IMG/VR virus record: IMGVR_UViG_2563366951_000002
Span: 1 to 45,042 of that record
Source of the DNA: a virus
Taxonomy: Duplodnaviria; Heunggongvirae; Uroviricota; Caudoviricetes
Direction: 5' to 3' (one strand)
DNA length: 45,042 nucleotides
How positions within the stretch are numbered: position 1 is the stretch's first letter; every line of letters starts with the position of its first letter. Below, in pieces: positions 17,136-27,327 of the stretch. The translations under genes were made by a program, and so were the position numbers. A model generated the notes under the pieces. The model was given only the letters and a program-made list of their open reading frames with translations, made no database searches and was not told the origin of the DNA.

Positions 17136-17494
17136 ACGAATATCAGTTTGTGCTTCCGTACCCGCCGTCGGTGAACACCTACTGGCGAAGAAGGGAAAGC
17201 CAATACTACATCAGCGATAAAGGCCAGAAATACCGAAAAGACGTTCAGCAAATCATTCGCCAACTCAAGTTAGACATTTTCACCAAATCACGACTCCGCA
17301 TCAAAGTCATCGCAGACGTTCCAGATTCCCGCCGCCGCGACCTCGACAACATCCTGAAAGGTTTACTCGACTCCCTTATCCACGCCGGATTTGCGGAAGA
17401 CGACGAGCAATTCGATGACATTCGCGTAATTCGTGGTGTGAAAGTACCAGGCGGACGGCTTGGAATAAAAATCACCGAACTGGAGAACGTATGA
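17132..17494 (+). CDS. rusA: RusA Holliday-junction resolvase (120 aa)
   Basis: MNEYQFVLPYPPSVNTYWRRR...DSRRRDLDNILKGLLDSLIHAGF resembles E. coli RusA (...[25 protein letters not shown]). Confidence 0.8.
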   Translation: MNEYQFVLPYPPSVNTYWRRRESQYYISDKGQKYRKDVQQIIRQLKLDIFTKSRLRIKVIADVPDSRRRDLDNILKGLLDSLIHAGFAEDDEQFDDIRVIRGVKVPGGRLGIKITELENV

Positions 17495-17679
17495 ACGCCA
17501 CAATTCAAACGATACCAGAGCTTCTTATCCAGACACGAGGCAATCAGATCGAAGTGGCAAGGATGCTTTCCTGCGCAAGAGGAACAGTGCTCAAGTACAA
17601 CCGAGACAGTAAAGGCGAGCGTCACGTAATAGTTAACGGCGTCCTGATGGTCAAACAGGGAAAAAGGGGAAGGCCATGA
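17491..17679 (+). CDS. ninH: NinH-like protein (62 aa)
   Basis: ...GNQIEVARMLSCARGTVLKYNRD... resembles lambda NinH HTH region as recalled. Confidence 0.6.
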   Translation: MNATIQTIPELLIQTRGNQIEVARMLSCARGTVLKYNRDSKGERHVIVNGVLMVKQGKRGRP

Positions 17680-18299
17680 GACTCGAAAGCGTAGCTAAAT
17701 TTCATTCGCCAAAAAGCCCGATGATGAGCGACTCACCACGGGCCACGGCTTCTGACTCTCTTTCCGGTACTGATGTGATGGCTGCTATGGGGATGGCACA
17801 ATCACAGGCCGGATTCGGGATGGCTGCATTTTGCGGTAAGCACGAACTCAGCCAGAACGACAAACAAAAGGCTATCAACTATCTGATGAAATTTGCACAC
17901 AAGGTATCGGGGAAATACCGTGGCGTGGCAAAGCTTGAAGGAAATACTAAGGCAAAGGTACTGCAAGTGCTCGCAACATTCGCTTATGCGGATTATTGCC
18001 GTAGTGCCGCGACGCCGGGGGCAAGATGCAGAGATTGCCACGGTACAGGCCGTGCGGTTGATATTGCCAAAACAGAGCTGTGGGGGAGAGTTGTCGAGAA
18101 AGAGTGCGGAAGATGCAAAGGCGTCGGCTATTCAAGGATGCCAGCAAGCGCAGCATATCGCGCTGTGACGATGCTAATCCCAAACCTTACCCAACCCACC
18201 TGGTCACGCACTGTTAAGCCGCTGTATGACGCTCTGGTGGTGCAATGCCACAAAGAAGAGTCAATCGCAGACAACATTTTGAATGCGGTCACACGTTAG
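17676..18299 (+). CDS. Q: Late-gene antitermination protein Q, lambda type (207 aa)
   Basis: MRLESVAKFHSPKSPMMSDSPRATASDS...; recognised as lambda Q; followed by a lambda-like pR' promoter. Confidence 0.9.
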   Translation: MRLESVAKFHSPKSPMMSDSPRATASDSLSGTDVMAAMGMAQSQAGFGMAAFCGKHELSQNDKQKAINYLMKFAHKVSGKYRGVAKLEGNTKAKVLQVLATFAYADYCRSAATPGARCRDCHGTGRAVDIAKTELWGRVVEKECGRCKGVGYSRMPASAAYRAVTMLIPNLTQPTWSRTVKPLYDALVVQCHKEESIADNILNAVTR

Positions 18300-18341
18300 C
18301 AGCATGATTGCCACGGATGGCAACATATTAACGGCATGATA

Positions 18342-18370
18342 TTGACTTATTGAATAAAATTGGGTAAATT
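18342..18370 (+). promoter_or_regulatory. Late promoter pR' (with qut region)
   Basis: TTGACTTATTGAATAAAATTGGGTAAATT: -35 TTGACT, 17-nt spacer, -10 TAAATT, matching lambda pR' as recalled. Confidence 0.75.
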
Positions 18371-18405
18371 TGACTCAACGATGGATAAATGCACTCGTTA
18401 AATAA

Positions 18406-18437
18406 AGCCCTGAGTTAATAGCTCGGGGCTTTTTTGT
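18406..18437 (+). terminator. tR'-like intrinsic terminator (end of a short 6S-like late leader RNA)
   Basis: GC-rich stem (18407-18414 pairs with 18422-18429) followed by TTTTTTG; downstream tatctgcacaacag matches the lambda tR' flank. Confidence 0.65.
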
Positions 18438-18690
18438 ATCTGCACAACAGATAATTGCATTGGGGTGACCGGTTAATCCCGTTACGCTAACCGAAACAGG
18501 CGCAGTGCAATTATCGTTGTGGTGAATGCGCAGGCTGATGCGCTAACTTATCAGCTAGATGGTGAGGTAAAGGCTCACCATGGCGACGACGGGTAGTTCA
18601 TTTACATGCCGGAAAACACAGCACCGGTCACCACACACCAAATACCTACCAGGACCATAAGAGCAAAAGCTCAACGCACTACCCTCTATT

Positions 18691-18716
18691 GCCCACCGCG
18701 CCGTGGGCTTTTTTAT
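18691..18716 (+). terminator. Second intrinsic terminator upstream of the holin gene
   Basis: Stem GCCCAC/GTGGGC with 6-nt loop followed by TTTTTTAT. Confidence 0.6.
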
Positions 18717-18822
18717 TGCAGGCCGCAGATATCATTTTCAGATGCCATGTAGCAATCAGAGTCTGACGGCCTTTCCCCTACAAACACACACAGCACCATC
18801 CGGAAAATCGGAGGTGAGGCCT

Positions 18823-19146
18823 ATGAAAATGCCATACAAACAAGATTTCATCGCTGCGCTACTTGCCGCCAAGGAGCAGGGTATTGGTGCAATGCTGGCT
18901 TTTATCATGGCGTATCTGCGTGGTCGCTATAACGGCGGCGCGGTAACAAAAACGCTAATTGATGCGCTGATGTGCGCGATGATTGCCTGGTTCGTTCGTG
19001 ACCTTCTGGACTTTATCGGCCTGAGCAGCAACCTCGCCTACATAGCCAGCGTCTTTATTGGATACATCGGCACCGATTCGATCGGCAATCTTATTAAAAA
19101 ACTTGCAGCAAAAAAGGCGGGAGTTGACGATGCAAACCAGTCCTGA
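18823..19146 (+). CDS. S: Holin, lambda S type (107 aa, dual start Met1/Met3)
   Basis: ATG at 18823 then AAA ATG (MKM...); [39 protein letters not shown]... resembles lambda S; track ORF starts earlier at GTG 18703. Confidence 0.85.
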   Translation: MKMPYKQDFIAALLAAKEQGIGAMLAFIMAYLRGRYNGGAVTKTLIDALMCAMIAWFVRDLLDFIGLSSNLAYIASVFIGYIGTDSIGNLIKKLAAKKAGVDDANQS

Positions 19147-19579
19147 CGGAATTGCTCTGATAAAAAAATTTGAAGGTTGTCGGCTGACTGCTTACCCCGA
19201 CCCCGGAACGGGAGATGCGCCGTGGACCATCGGCTATGGCTGGACCCATCCGGTTGACGGAAAGCCAGTAAAGCGCGGTATGACTATCGACCAGCAAACC
19301 GCTGACAGGCTTCTGAAAACAGGGCTTGTTGGTTATGAGAATGACGTGCTGAAAGTTGTCAGGGTGAAGCTGACACAAGGCCAGTTCGACGCACTGGTGT
19401 CGTTCGCTTACAACGTTGGGTCGCGTGCTCTTTCCACATCTACACTGCTGAAAAAGCTGAATGCTGGCGATATAAAAGGCGCGGCAGATGAATTTCTGCG
19501 CTGGAATAAATCAGGCGGAAAGGTGATGCCGGGGCTCACGAATCGCCGCAAGGCAGAGCGAGCTCTGTTCCTGTCATGA
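19130..19579 (+). CDS. Endolysin, phage lysozyme (T4/P22 type), not the lambda R transglycosylase
   Basis: ATG at 19130 overlapping the holin 3' end; ...[24 protein letters not shown]... lysozyme catalytic region; C-terminus [11 protein letters not shown]. Confidence 0.75.
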   Translation: MQTSPDGIALIKKFEGCRLTAYPDPGTGDAPWTIGYGWTHPVDGKPVKRGMTIDQQTADRLLKTGLVGYENDVLKVVRVKLTQGQFDALVSFAYNVGSRALSTSTLLKKLNAGDIKGAADEFLRWNKSGGKVMPGLTNRRKAERALFLS

Positions 19580-20043
19580 TTAGCGCACTGGTTAAGCGTT
19601 ACTGGCTGCAGTTGCTGGTGCTGGCGTTAATCGGCGCACTGGCTTTCTTCGTGAACCACTACCGCGACAACGCCATCACTTACAGAGACCAGCGCGATAA
19701 GGCCACTGAGAAACTCCTCCTGGCGACCGCCACCATTAAAGACATGCAGACCCGCCAGCGTGATGTCGCTGCACTGGATGCCAAATACACCGGAGAACTG
19801 GCTGATGCGAAAGAAACCATTGAGCGTCTGCATAGCGATGTCATTGCTGGCCGTAAGCGGCTGCAAGTCGCCGCCACCTGTGCAAAGTCAACGACCGGAG
19901 CCAGCAGCATGGGCGATGGAGAAAGCCCAAGACTTACAGCAGATGCTGAACTCAATTATTACCGTCTACGAAGTGGAATCGACAAGATAACCGCGCAGGT
20001 TAACTACCTGCAGGAATACATCAGGACGCAATGCCTGAAATAA
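19576..20043 (+). CDS. Rz: Rz i-spanin (155 aa)
   Basis: N-terminal transmembrane segment, ...[11 protein letters not shown]...[16 protein letters not shown]... resembles lambda Rz. Confidence 0.85.
   Translation: MISALVKRYWLQLLVLALIGALAFFVNHYRDNAITYRDQRDKATEKLLLATATIKDMQTRQRDVAALDAKYTGELADAKETIERLHSDVIAGRKRLQVAATCAKSTTGASSMGDGESPRLTADAELNYYRLRSGIDKITAQVNYLQEYIRTQCLK
19805..19990 (+). CDS. Rz1: Rz1 o-spanin lipoprotein (61 aa), embedded in Rz in the +1 frame
   Basis: ATG at 19805; [20 protein letters not shown] lipoprotein signal with lipobox, then proline-rich [13 protein letters not shown]. Confidence 0.8.
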   Translation: MRKKPLSVCIAMSLLAVSGCKSPPPVQSQRPEPAAWAMEKAQDLQQMLNSIITVYEVESTR

Positions 20044-20074
20044 TTTTTTTGCAAATCACAAAGTCAATTTAATG

Positions 20075-20101
20075 AGCCTCGCGAAAAGCGGGGCTTTTTT
20101 A
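20075..20101 (+). terminator. Intrinsic terminator after the lysis cassette
   Basis: Stem AGCCTCGC/GCGGGGCT (one G-U pair) with 5-nt loop followed by TTTTTA. Confidence 0.55.
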
Positions 20102-20248
20102 TGTCCGCAGTAAACCGCGCATTCTCGTGCGCATATCAACCAAGAGCCTTTCGGGGTAGAGCTTGAGATAGGGCAGTGGTAACGCTGACCGCTCTTGGGC
20201 TGCCCGTATCTACGAGAACAGGCTCAACCACCAAAAGGTATCAGCGAA

Positions 20249-20746
20249 ATGAAATCATTAACCCTCTTCAATCAACCAATCCGTGTCGGAGAAGACGGCA
20301 TGATCTGCCTCACCGATATGTGGAAAGCCAGTGGCAAAAGTGATGCTGAATCGCCTTACCATTATCTGCGAAACAAGCAGACCAAAGAGTTCTTAGCCGA
20401 GCTGGAGAAAAACCACGAATCTGTGGTTTTCACTGCCCGCGGCGTACACGGCGGAACCTATGGCGGGAAGTTTGTTGCATACGATTATGCGGCATGGCTA
20501 AACCCCGGGTTCAAGTACGCAGCCTATAAGGTCCTCGATGACTACTTCACCGGAGAGCTTCAGCATCGCAACAGCTTAAGTGCGCAGCTCAACATGAAGT
20601 GTCATGAGTTTGACCAGAAGAAGGACATGGCGAGCTTCTGCGGGCAAGGCCTCGCTGCATGGCGCTATACAAAGCCTGTGCTGGTCGCTGAGATTAACAC
20701 CCTTGCTAACCAGCTGCAGATTACGCTCCCAGGGCTTCAAGGATGA
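20249..20746 (+). CDS. KilA-N domain protein (166 aa)
   Basis: ATG at 20249 (track ORF starts 20195); N-terminal region MKSLTLFNQPIRVGEDGMICLTDMWKASGK... has KilA-N/APSES-like character. Confidence 0.6.
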   Translation: MKSLTLFNQPIRVGEDGMICLTDMWKASGKSDAESPYHYLRNKQTKEFLAELEKNHESVVFTARGVHGGTYGGKFVAYDYAAWLNPGFKYAAYKVLDDYFTGELQHRNSLSAQLNMKCHEFDQKKDMASFCGQGLAAWRYTKPVLVAEINTLANQLQITLPGLQG

Positions 20747-21006
20747 ATAATCGCGTCATCGAATGCGCCTCCAGAGCGGGGCGCGACTTCTCAGAGTTCA
20801 TGAAAGGCGAGAAGGGCATGATGGAAGCATTGGCCTCGGTGGATGAGTTTGGCGAGCAGCTGCGCCTAAACGGCTGTGTCAATCATCACTTTGTTAGCTA
20901 CATGATGCGGAACTCGATCATGCAGGCATTCATGGACATGGCAAAAGCCGAGAGGAAAGAAGAGCGCCGGCGTAAGCGAGCGGAAGCAAAAGCAAAAGTG
21001 AAGTAG
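20743..21006 (+). CDS. Hypothetical protein (87 aa) with basic Lys/Arg/Glu-rich C-terminus
   Basis: ORF from track; start overlaps the KilA-N gene stop. Confidence 0.5.
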   Translation: MNNRVIECASRAGRDFSEFMKGEKGMMEALASVDEFGEQLRLNGCVNHHFVSYMMRNSIMQAFMDMAKAERKEERRRKRAEAKAKVK

Positions 21007-21300
21007 CCATTACAAAGCCCATTTACGGGTGGGCTTGATAATGAAACCGGAATTTATTCTGGGCAACCAGTTACGGCAGTACCACGAAGCAACCCAAGCC
21101 AGTAAGTGGGGAAATAACACTGGCAGCCACTGAAAGATGAACCTCCTGCCTTATGGCAAAAAAGATTCTTTGTGGTGGCAGGCTGATGGAAAGACATCGG
21201 TTATTGCAGAGGCCATTCAATGAGTGGTCTCGACAATGGCTTATACCCTGCACGGGATAACTTAACTGATATCCCTTTTAACGGATAAACGGAGCCAATA

Positions 21301-21855
21301 ATGGCAAAGCTCACAGACAAACAAGAGCTGTTTGCCCGTGAGTACCTGAAAGATTTAAACGCCACTCAGGCAGCTATCAGGGCGGGTTACAGCGAGAAAA
21401 CTGCTCGCGCCACTGGTAGCGAGAACCTGTCAAAACCTGACATAGCAGATCGCATTGCTGAGCTAAAGGCTGAACGCAATGAAGAGGTAGGTATAGACGC
21501 TGCCTATGTATTGCGACGGCTGACTGAAATCGATCAGATGGACGTGCTTGACATTCTGCTTGCCAATGGCGAACTGAAGCCGATTAAAGACTGGCCTAAG
21601 GTGTGGCGTACAACGCTATCAGGAATGGATGTCGTCGAGATGGCATCAGCAGATAGTGCTGCTCTCCTGAAGAAAATCAAATGGCCTGATAAGGTTAAAA
21701 ACCTTGAGTTGCTCGGGCGTCATGTTTCTGTTCAGGCGTTTAAAGACAATGTCAAAAATGAAGTGACTGGTGCTGACGGAGGACCAGTCAGAACAGAAAT
21801 TACCAACTTAACGCCGGAGCAGGCTGCAGAAGCGTATAAAAAAATGATGGGCTAA
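21301..21855 (+). CDS. Terminase small subunit (184 aa)
   Basis: [49 protein letters not shown]... typical terminase small-subunit N-terminal DNA-binding region; immediately upstream of the large subunit. Confidence 0.75.
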   Translation: MAKLTDKQELFAREYLKDLNATQAAIRAGYSEKTARATGSENLSKPDIADRIAELKAERNEEVGIDAAYVLRRLTEIDQMDVLDILLANGELKPIKDWPKVWRTTLSGMDVVEMASADSAALLKKIKWPDKVKNLELLGRHVSVQAFKDNVKNEVTGADGGPVRTEITNLTPEQAAEAYKKMMG

Positions 21856-21857
21856 GT

Positions 21858-23480
21858 ATGCCGTTACCATTTCCCTTCGATTTTAAACATCCTGATTACC
21901 AGATGGTTTTTGAATGGCGGATGGAGCGCTTACAGCGCATTCGCCAGAACCCTGAAATGCTGCCAGCGCTAAAGCAGTTTTACCGCACCAACCCGGCACA
22001 GTTCATCATCGACTGGGGGATGACTACTGACCCGCGTAACATCGATTATGGCCTGCCGGTCACCATCCCTTTTCTGCTGTTCCCGAAACAGGAAGAGTGG
22101 ATTCACTGGATCATGGAGCGGCGCGAACGACTGGAGAACGGCATCACCGAAAAGAGCCGCGAAATGGGGCTCAGTTGGACCGCGATCGGGCTGGCCTGCT
22201 CGCTTTGTCTCTTCAACAAAGAAATGGTTATCGGTTTCGGCTCCCGTAAAGAGGAATACGTCGACAGCACCGGTGACCCGAAGGCGCTGTTCTGGAAGGC
22301 GCGAAAGTTCGTGGAAACACTGCCCATCGAGTTTCGTGGTTCGTGGGACGAGAAGAAGCATGCGCCGTATATGCGCGTTGAGTTTCCCGATACTGGCGCG
22401 GTCATCAAAGGCGAGGCTGGCGACAATATCGGTCGTGGTGACCGTACCACGCTCTACCTGGTGGATGAAGCTGCATTCCTCCAGCGTCCTCTGTTGATTG
22501 ATGCGGCGCTGTCGCAAACCACCCGTTGCCGTATTGACCTGAGCTCGGTTAATGGCATGGCGAACCCGTTCGCGCAGAAGCGTCACGGCGGGAAGATACC
22601 GGTATTCACATTCCACTGGCGGGATGATCCTCGCAAGGATGAAGAGTGGTATCGCAGGGAGTGCGAGAAAATCGACAATCCGGTGGTGGTGGCGCAGGAA
22701 CTTGACCTGAACTACAGCGCATCTGCGGAAGGCGTCCTGATCCCGTCCGACTGGGTACAGGCTGTCGTCGACGCGCATATCAAACTTGGTATTCAGCCAA
22801 CGGGCAAGCGACTGGGCGCGATGGACGTCGCCGACGAAGGCCGGGACAAAAATGCCTTTTCGACCCGTCACGGCTTCCTTCTGGAGAACGTGCGTGAATG
22901 GTCCGGCGTGGGCAGCGACATTTACCAGTCCGTTGAGAAGGTCTTCGGCTTTTGCGAACAGGACAACCTCGAAGAATTTCGCTTCGACGAGGACGGCCTG
23001 GGCGCTGGCGTTCGCGGCGATGCACGCGCCATCAACGAACTGCGTAACGCTGCGCGCCGACCGTCAATACTCGCCACACCGTTTCGTGGTAGCGGCGCGG
23101 TATTTGATCCGGACGATGAAGCGGTGCGCGGGGACAACGGACAGGCCGCCCGCCTGAATAAGGACTTCTTCGCTAACGCCAAGGCCCAGAGCTGGTGGCA
23201 TTTACGCAAGCTTTTCCAGAACACCTATCGCGCCGTGGTTGAGGGCATGGCCTACAACCCGGACGAAATCATCTCAATCAGCAGCGCCATGGCGAGCAAA
23301 GACAAACTCATCATCGAGCTGTCGCAGCCGACCTACTCCATTAATGGCGTGGGGAAAATCGTTGTTGATAAACAGCCTGATGGCACCAAGTCGCCGAACC
23401 TCGCCGACTCGGTGATGATCAGCTACGCGCCAATGAATTCAGCCCTGAACATCTGGGAGCTGCTAGGGAGACAGGCCTGA
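21858..23480 (+). CDS. Terminase large subunit (540 aa)
   Basis: Size and position between small subunit and portal; ATPase-like N-terminal half and nuclease-like C-terminal half inferred; high-GC coding with long spurious antisense ORFs. Confidence 0.75.
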   Translation: MPLPFPFDFKHPDYQMVFEWRMERLQRIRQNPEMLPALKQFYRTNPAQFIIDWGMTTDPRNIDYGLPVTIPFLLFPKQEEWIHWIMERRERLENGITEKSREMGLSWTAIGLACSLCLFNKEMVIGFGSRKEEYVDSTGDPKALFWKARKFVETLPIEFRGSWDEKKHAPYMRVEFPDTGAVIKGEAGDNIGRGDRTTLYLVDEAAFLQRPLLIDAALSQTTRCRIDLSSVNGMANPFAQKRHGGKIPVFTFHWRDDPRKDEEWYRRECEKIDNPVVVAQELDLNYSASAEGVLIPSDWVQAVVDAHIKLGIQPTGKRLGAMDVADEGRDKNAFSTRHGFLLENVREWSGVGSDIYQSVEKVFGFCEQDNLEEFRFDEDGLGAGVRGDARAINELRNAARRPSILATPFRGSGAVFDPDDEAVRGDNGQAARLNKDFFANAKAQSWWHLRKLFQNTYRAVVEGMAYNPDEIISISSAMASKDKLIIELSQPTYSINGVGKIVVDKQPDGTKSPNLADSVMISYAPMNSALNIWELLGRQA

Positions 23481-24949
23481 TGGCACGAAACAAGCAATCC
23501 TCTCAGCGAACGGCACAGCCCACCGCTGACGGCTACGAGAACTTCGTCGCCCGCGTTGGGATGCAGACGCCTAACCAGCATTCAGCATCGACCTACCGGG
23601 CGAACTCCACCAGCCGCAACCGCATGCTGGTGGAATGGTCATATCGCGGTTCGTGGGTTATCGGTGAAGCGGTCGACGCTATCCCGGACGATATGACCCG
23701 AAAGGGCATTCGCATCACTTCGGAGATTGACGCCAAAGACCGTGGCACCCTCGAAGCGCAACTGGATGAGTTGCAGATCTGGGATGCGCTGAACGACGTG
23801 CTGAAATGGTCGCGCCTCTACGGCGGCGCGGTCGGCTTCATCATGATCGAGGGGCAAGCACCAATGACCCCGCTGCGACTCGAAACCATTGGCGAGGGCA
23901 AGTTTAAGGGCATTCTCCCGCTCGACCGCTGGATGATTAACCCGGTGCTGACACGCCGCATTAAAGAGATGGGGCCGGACCTCGGCAAGCCTGAGTTTTA
24001 CGACGTGGTGACCACCGCAACGGGCATTCCGGCCTGGCGCATCCATCACAGCCGCCTGATCCGCTTTGATGGCGTCACGCTGCCATTCCAGCAGAAGATG
24101 ACCGAAAACGAATGGGGAATGTCGGTTGTAGAGCGTATCTGGGATCGGCTTACTGCGTTCGATAGCGCCACTGTCGGCGCGGCGCAGCTGGTCTATAAAG
24201 CGCATCTGCGTACCTATAGCGTGGAGAAGTTGCGCGAGCTTATCGCGCTTGGAGGCCCGGCGTTCGAGGCGCTGCTGAAGAACATCGACCTGATCCGCCA
24301 GTTCCAGAGCAATGAAGGCATGACGCTCATGGACTCGCGGGATAAGTTCGAAACCCACCAGTACAGCTTCAGCGGTCTGGATGACATTCTTTCGCAGTTT
24401 GCTGAGCAGATCAGCGGTGCCGTTGGTATCCCGCTGGTACGCCTGTTCGGTCAATCCCCGAAAGGCTTCTCTACTGGTGATGCAGACCTCGCCAACTATT
24501 ACGACCGGGTGAGCTCATTGCAGGAGCGCCGCTTACGGCTGCCGATGCGCCGGATACTGGACATTATGCACCGCTCGGAACTCGGAAAGCCGCTGCCGGA
24601 CGATTTCACGTTTGAGTTTAACCCGCTATGGCAAATGTCAGACGTTGACCGATCAACGGTGGCCGTAAACACCACCAACGCGATCAGTACCGCGCTGGGC
24701 GACGGATTGATGACGCGTAAGGCGGCGATGACCGACCTGCGCGAAAACTCTGACGTCACCGGCATCGGGGCATCCATTACCGACGAGGATATCGAGAATG
24801 CCGAAGACGAAGCGCCGCCAGGCATCGGCGAACTTGGCGACAAACCGCCAGAGTCGCCAGGCGGAGATCCGATATCGAACGAGCCTACGGCAGATAGCGC
24901 GGGCGGTCGGGGATATCGTAAATGGGCGCTACGATGGTTCAAACGATAG
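23480..24949 (+). CDS. Portal protein (489 aa)
   Basis: Size, position after terminase with ATGA start/stop overlap, acidic C-terminal tail. Confidence 0.7.
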   Translation: MARNKQSSQRTAQPTADGYENFVARVGMQTPNQHSASTYRANSTSRNRMLVEWSYRGSWVIGEAVDAIPDDMTRKGIRITSEIDAKDRGTLEAQLDELQIWDALNDVLKWSRLYGGAVGFIMIEGQAPMTPLRLETIGEGKFKGILPLDRWMINPVLTRRIKEMGPDLGKPEFYDVVTTATGIPAWRIHHSRLIRFDGVTLPFQQKMTENEWGMSVVERIWDRLTAFDSATVGAAQLVYKAHLRTYSVEKLRELIALGGPAFEALLKNIDLIRQFQSNEGMTLMDSRDKFETHQYSFSGLDDILSQFAEQISGAVGIPLVRLFGQSPKGFSTGDADLANYYDRVSSLQERRLRLPMRRILDIMHRSELGKPLPDDFTFEFNPLWQMSDVDRSTVAVNTTNAISTALGDGLMTRKAAMTDLRENSDVTGIGASITDEDIENAEDEAPPGIGELGDKPPESPGGDPISNEPTADSAGGRGYRKWALRWFKR

Positions 24950-25571
24950 CGTCACCGAAATAATGGATGCGCTGGAGCGCTACAGCGAAATCATCACCCC
25001 CTGGGCGACGAAGGTTGCTGAGAACTTCACCGCAGACATAGCGCGCCAGAATGAAAAGCAGTGGCGTCAGCACAGCCGGAACATCAGCGCAGAACTACGC
25101 AACATGGTCGACCGCGCCCCGGTAGGCCAGGTGATGAAATCCATCGTCGCCGAGCAAATTAAGTACATCAAATCTCTGCCTCTTGAGGCCGCCGATCGGG
25201 TGTATGACATTCAGAACAAGGCCATCGAGGCTGTAGTAACTGGTGGCCGCGCTGAGCCATTCGCGAAAGAGATAGCTGCTTCCGGTGACGTGTCACGCTC
25301 ACGAGCGAACCTTATCGCCCGGACTGAGCTTGGGCGCGCAACCGGCGCGCTCGATCAGGCGCGTGCGCTGTCAATCGGCTCGAATGGTTATATCTGGCGT
25401 ACAGCCGAAGATGGCGACGTCCGGCATTCTCATCGAGAGATGGAAGGGAAGTTTGTCGAATGGGGCCGACCTCCAACGCTTGACGGCATGACCGGTCACG
25501 CTGGCGAGCTCCCGAACTGCCGTTGCTACAAAGAAATCGTCTTCCCCAACCCTCATTCTTATCTCGCCTGA
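24798..25571 (+). CDS. Head morphogenesis protein (Mu F / SPP1 gp7-like)
   Basis: ORF from track; position directly after portal; an alternative ATG at 24963 (MDALERY...) would avoid the 152-nt overlap with the portal gene, so the start is ambiguous. Confidence 0.6.
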   Translation: MPKTKRRQASANLATNRQSRQAEIRYRTSLRQIARAVGDIVNGRYDGSNDSVTEIMDALERYSEIITPWATKVAENFTADIARQNEKQWRQHSRNISAELRNMVDRAPVGQVMKSIVAEQIKYIKSLPLEAADRVYDIQNKAIEAVVTGGRAEPFAKEIAASGDVSRSRANLIARTELGRATGALDQARALSIGSNGYIWRTAEDGDVRHSHREMEGKFVEWGRPPTLDGMTGHAGELPNCRCYKEIVFPNPHSYLA

Positions 25572-25585
25572 ATCGCAGGTAAACC

Positions 25586-26806
25586 ATGAAATATTTTTTC
25601 AATACCCGGCTGGGGGAAACCCGTTATCAGCTGGCTGACGGCTCGCTGCTGTGCAAAGACGTGCCGATAGGACGAACAGGTAAGCAGCTCTATGGTGCTG
25701 ATGACCTGCCAAAACTGAAACCCGATAAGTTCGGTGAAATAGTCGTAACGCGCTCTCCTGAGCAGGTATTCCATCCGGCCACGCTCGCCTCATTCGAAGG
25801 GATGAGCATCACGATCCTGCATCCTGAAGATGAAAACGGGAATGTGCGGCTGGTCAACCCCGAGAACTGGAAAGAGCTTGCGGTCGGGCATCTTCAGAAT
25901 GTCCGGCGCGGGACGGGTGTGCAGTCTGATTTGATGCTGGCTGACCTTATCGTCAAAGACGAAAGCGCCATTCAGCTTATCGAAGATGGTCTGCGCGAAG
26001 TGTCGTGTGGCTATGACGCGGAGTACGAGCAGACCGAGCCAGGTAAAGCCGAGCAGGTCGATATTACCGGAAACCATGTGGCTCTTGTCCCCAAAGGCAG
26101 AGCCGGAAATCGTTGTGCAATTGGAGACAGAGACACAATGGCAAATCAAAAGAAAAGCTGGTGGACCCGCATGCGCACGGCCATCAAAACGGGTGACGCT
26201 GACACCATGAACGAACTGCTGGAGTCGGCTCCCGCATCGGTTACAGGAGATGAGGGGGATCTGCCGAGCGGCGTTAACCTCAACATTAATCTTTCACCGC
26301 AACAACCATTGCCGGACAAAAAGCCGGAAATGGGCGGAGAGCCAACCGGCGACGGCGAGGACGATATCAAAACCTTGCTCAAAGCCCTGCTGGCTAAGCT
26401 CGAAGGAACTGCGACGGGCGATAACGACAATAAGCCTGACGATAATCCGACCGGTGACGGCGAGGACGATGAAGAAGAAACCACGATTACTGGTGACGCT
26501 GCTTATCGTGCCGAAGTTATCGTTCCGGGTATCGATCTGAGCCGTAAGGTGAAACCGACCGCGTTCAAACGTGATGTGCTGGCTGCCGCTGACAAAACAC
26601 TGGTTCGCCAGGTTGTCGGTGATGCAGATATCCGCAAATTGCCCAAGCAATCGGTCGATATGGCGTTTAACGCCGTGTCTGAGATTGCCAAAGGGCGAAA
26701 CACCCGCAGCACCACGGGCGATGCACAACGTCCAAATATGGGCATGACCAGTATCGCTTCCCTGAACAAACAAAACGCTGAATTCTGGGCAAACCGTAAA
26801 GGGTAA
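25586..26806 (+). CDS. Putative prohead protease/scaffold protein (DUF2213-like, 406 aa)
   Basis: ORF from track; position between MuF-like and capsid genes; acidic low-complexity central segment typical of scaffolds; function assigned by synteny. Confidence 0.5.
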   Translation: MKYFFNTRLGETRYQLADGSLLCKDVPIGRTGKQLYGADDLPKLKPDKFGEIVVTRSPEQVFHPATLASFEGMSITILHPEDENGNVRLVNPENWKELAVGHLQNVRRGTGVQSDLMLADLIVKDESAIQLIEDGLREVSCGYDAEYEQTEPGKAEQVDITGNHVALVPKGRAGNRCAIGDRDTMANQKKSWWTRMRTAIKTGDADTMNELLESAPASVTGDEGDLPSGVNLNINLSPQQPLPDKKPEMGGEPTGDGEDDIKTLLKALLAKLEGTATGDNDNKPDDNPTGDGEDDEEETTITGDAAYRAEVIVPGIDLSRKVKPTAFKRDVLAAADKTLVRQVVGDADIRKLPKQSVDMAFNAVSEIAKGRNTRSTTGDAQRPNMGMTSIASLNKQNAEFWANRKG

Positions 26807-26809
26807 AAA

Positions 26810-27316
26810 ATGAATAATGTATTTCTGTACCGGATGCCTGTTGGCATTGCCGGGGCTATCTCTCGCCCGCAGGACTTAACCGTCGAACCGGTGATCCTTA
26901 AATCCGCTAACGCCTTCGCTGCCTATGGTCTGGCTGGCAAATATGACGCTGACGGCTTTTTCGTGCCGCTGGCGGACGGTGACACCGCCGACAAGGTGAA
27001 GGGGATCTACGTTCGTCCGTATCCGACCACATCGCAGCCAGACATGGTTCGCCAGGTGGGGACGGATAAGAACTTCCCGGGTGACGCCATGAAGCGTGGC
27101 TACATGACCGTTAATCTCGGTTCTGATTTTGATGCCAGCACCATCAAAAAAGGCGACCCGGTATACGTTGTCGTCTCCACTGATGAATCCATCAAAGTGC
27201 CGCTGGGCGGCTTCATGTCCACGTCCGTCAGTGGCAAAAACGTGGCGCTGACCAACGCCGAATTCACAGGGGCCGGTGACGGTAACGGCAATGCAGAAAT
27301 CTCCTGGAAGATTTAA
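26810..27316 (+). CDS. Putative head structural/decoration protein (168 aa)
   Basis: ORF from track; immediately upstream of the major capsid candidate. Confidence 0.45.
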   Translation: MNNVFLYRMPVGIAGAISRPQDLTVEPVILKSANAFAAYGLAGKYDADGFFVPLADGDTADKVKGIYVRPYPTTSQPDMVRQVGTDKNFPGDAMKRGYMTVNLGSDFDASTIKKGDPVYVVVSTDESIKVPLGGFMSTSVSGKNVALTNAEFTGAGDGNGNAEISWKI

Positions 27317-27327
27317 GGAACAGACGA

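Noticed and set aside
18300-18822. Search for a tRNA gene in the Q-to-holin interval, where lambdoid phages sometimes carry tRNAs
   Set aside because: No cloverleaf-compatible sequence or conserved T-loop motif (GTTCGAATC-like) was seen; the interval is better explained by promoter, terminators and leader structure.
21071-21253. 60-aa minus-strand ORF in the region upstream of the terminase genes
   Set aside because: No ribosome-binding site, opposite to the surrounding late transcription, Cys-rich low-complexity translation; likely spurious.
21969-22871. 300-aa minus-strand ORF inside the terminase large subunit gene, plus similar long antisense ORFs in the portal/head region (22103-22450, 23639-24454, 26294-26773, 31124-31597 and others)
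   Set aside because: They are antisense to long, syntenic, well-supported phage structural genes in a GC-rich region where stop codons are rare in all frames; there is no independent support.
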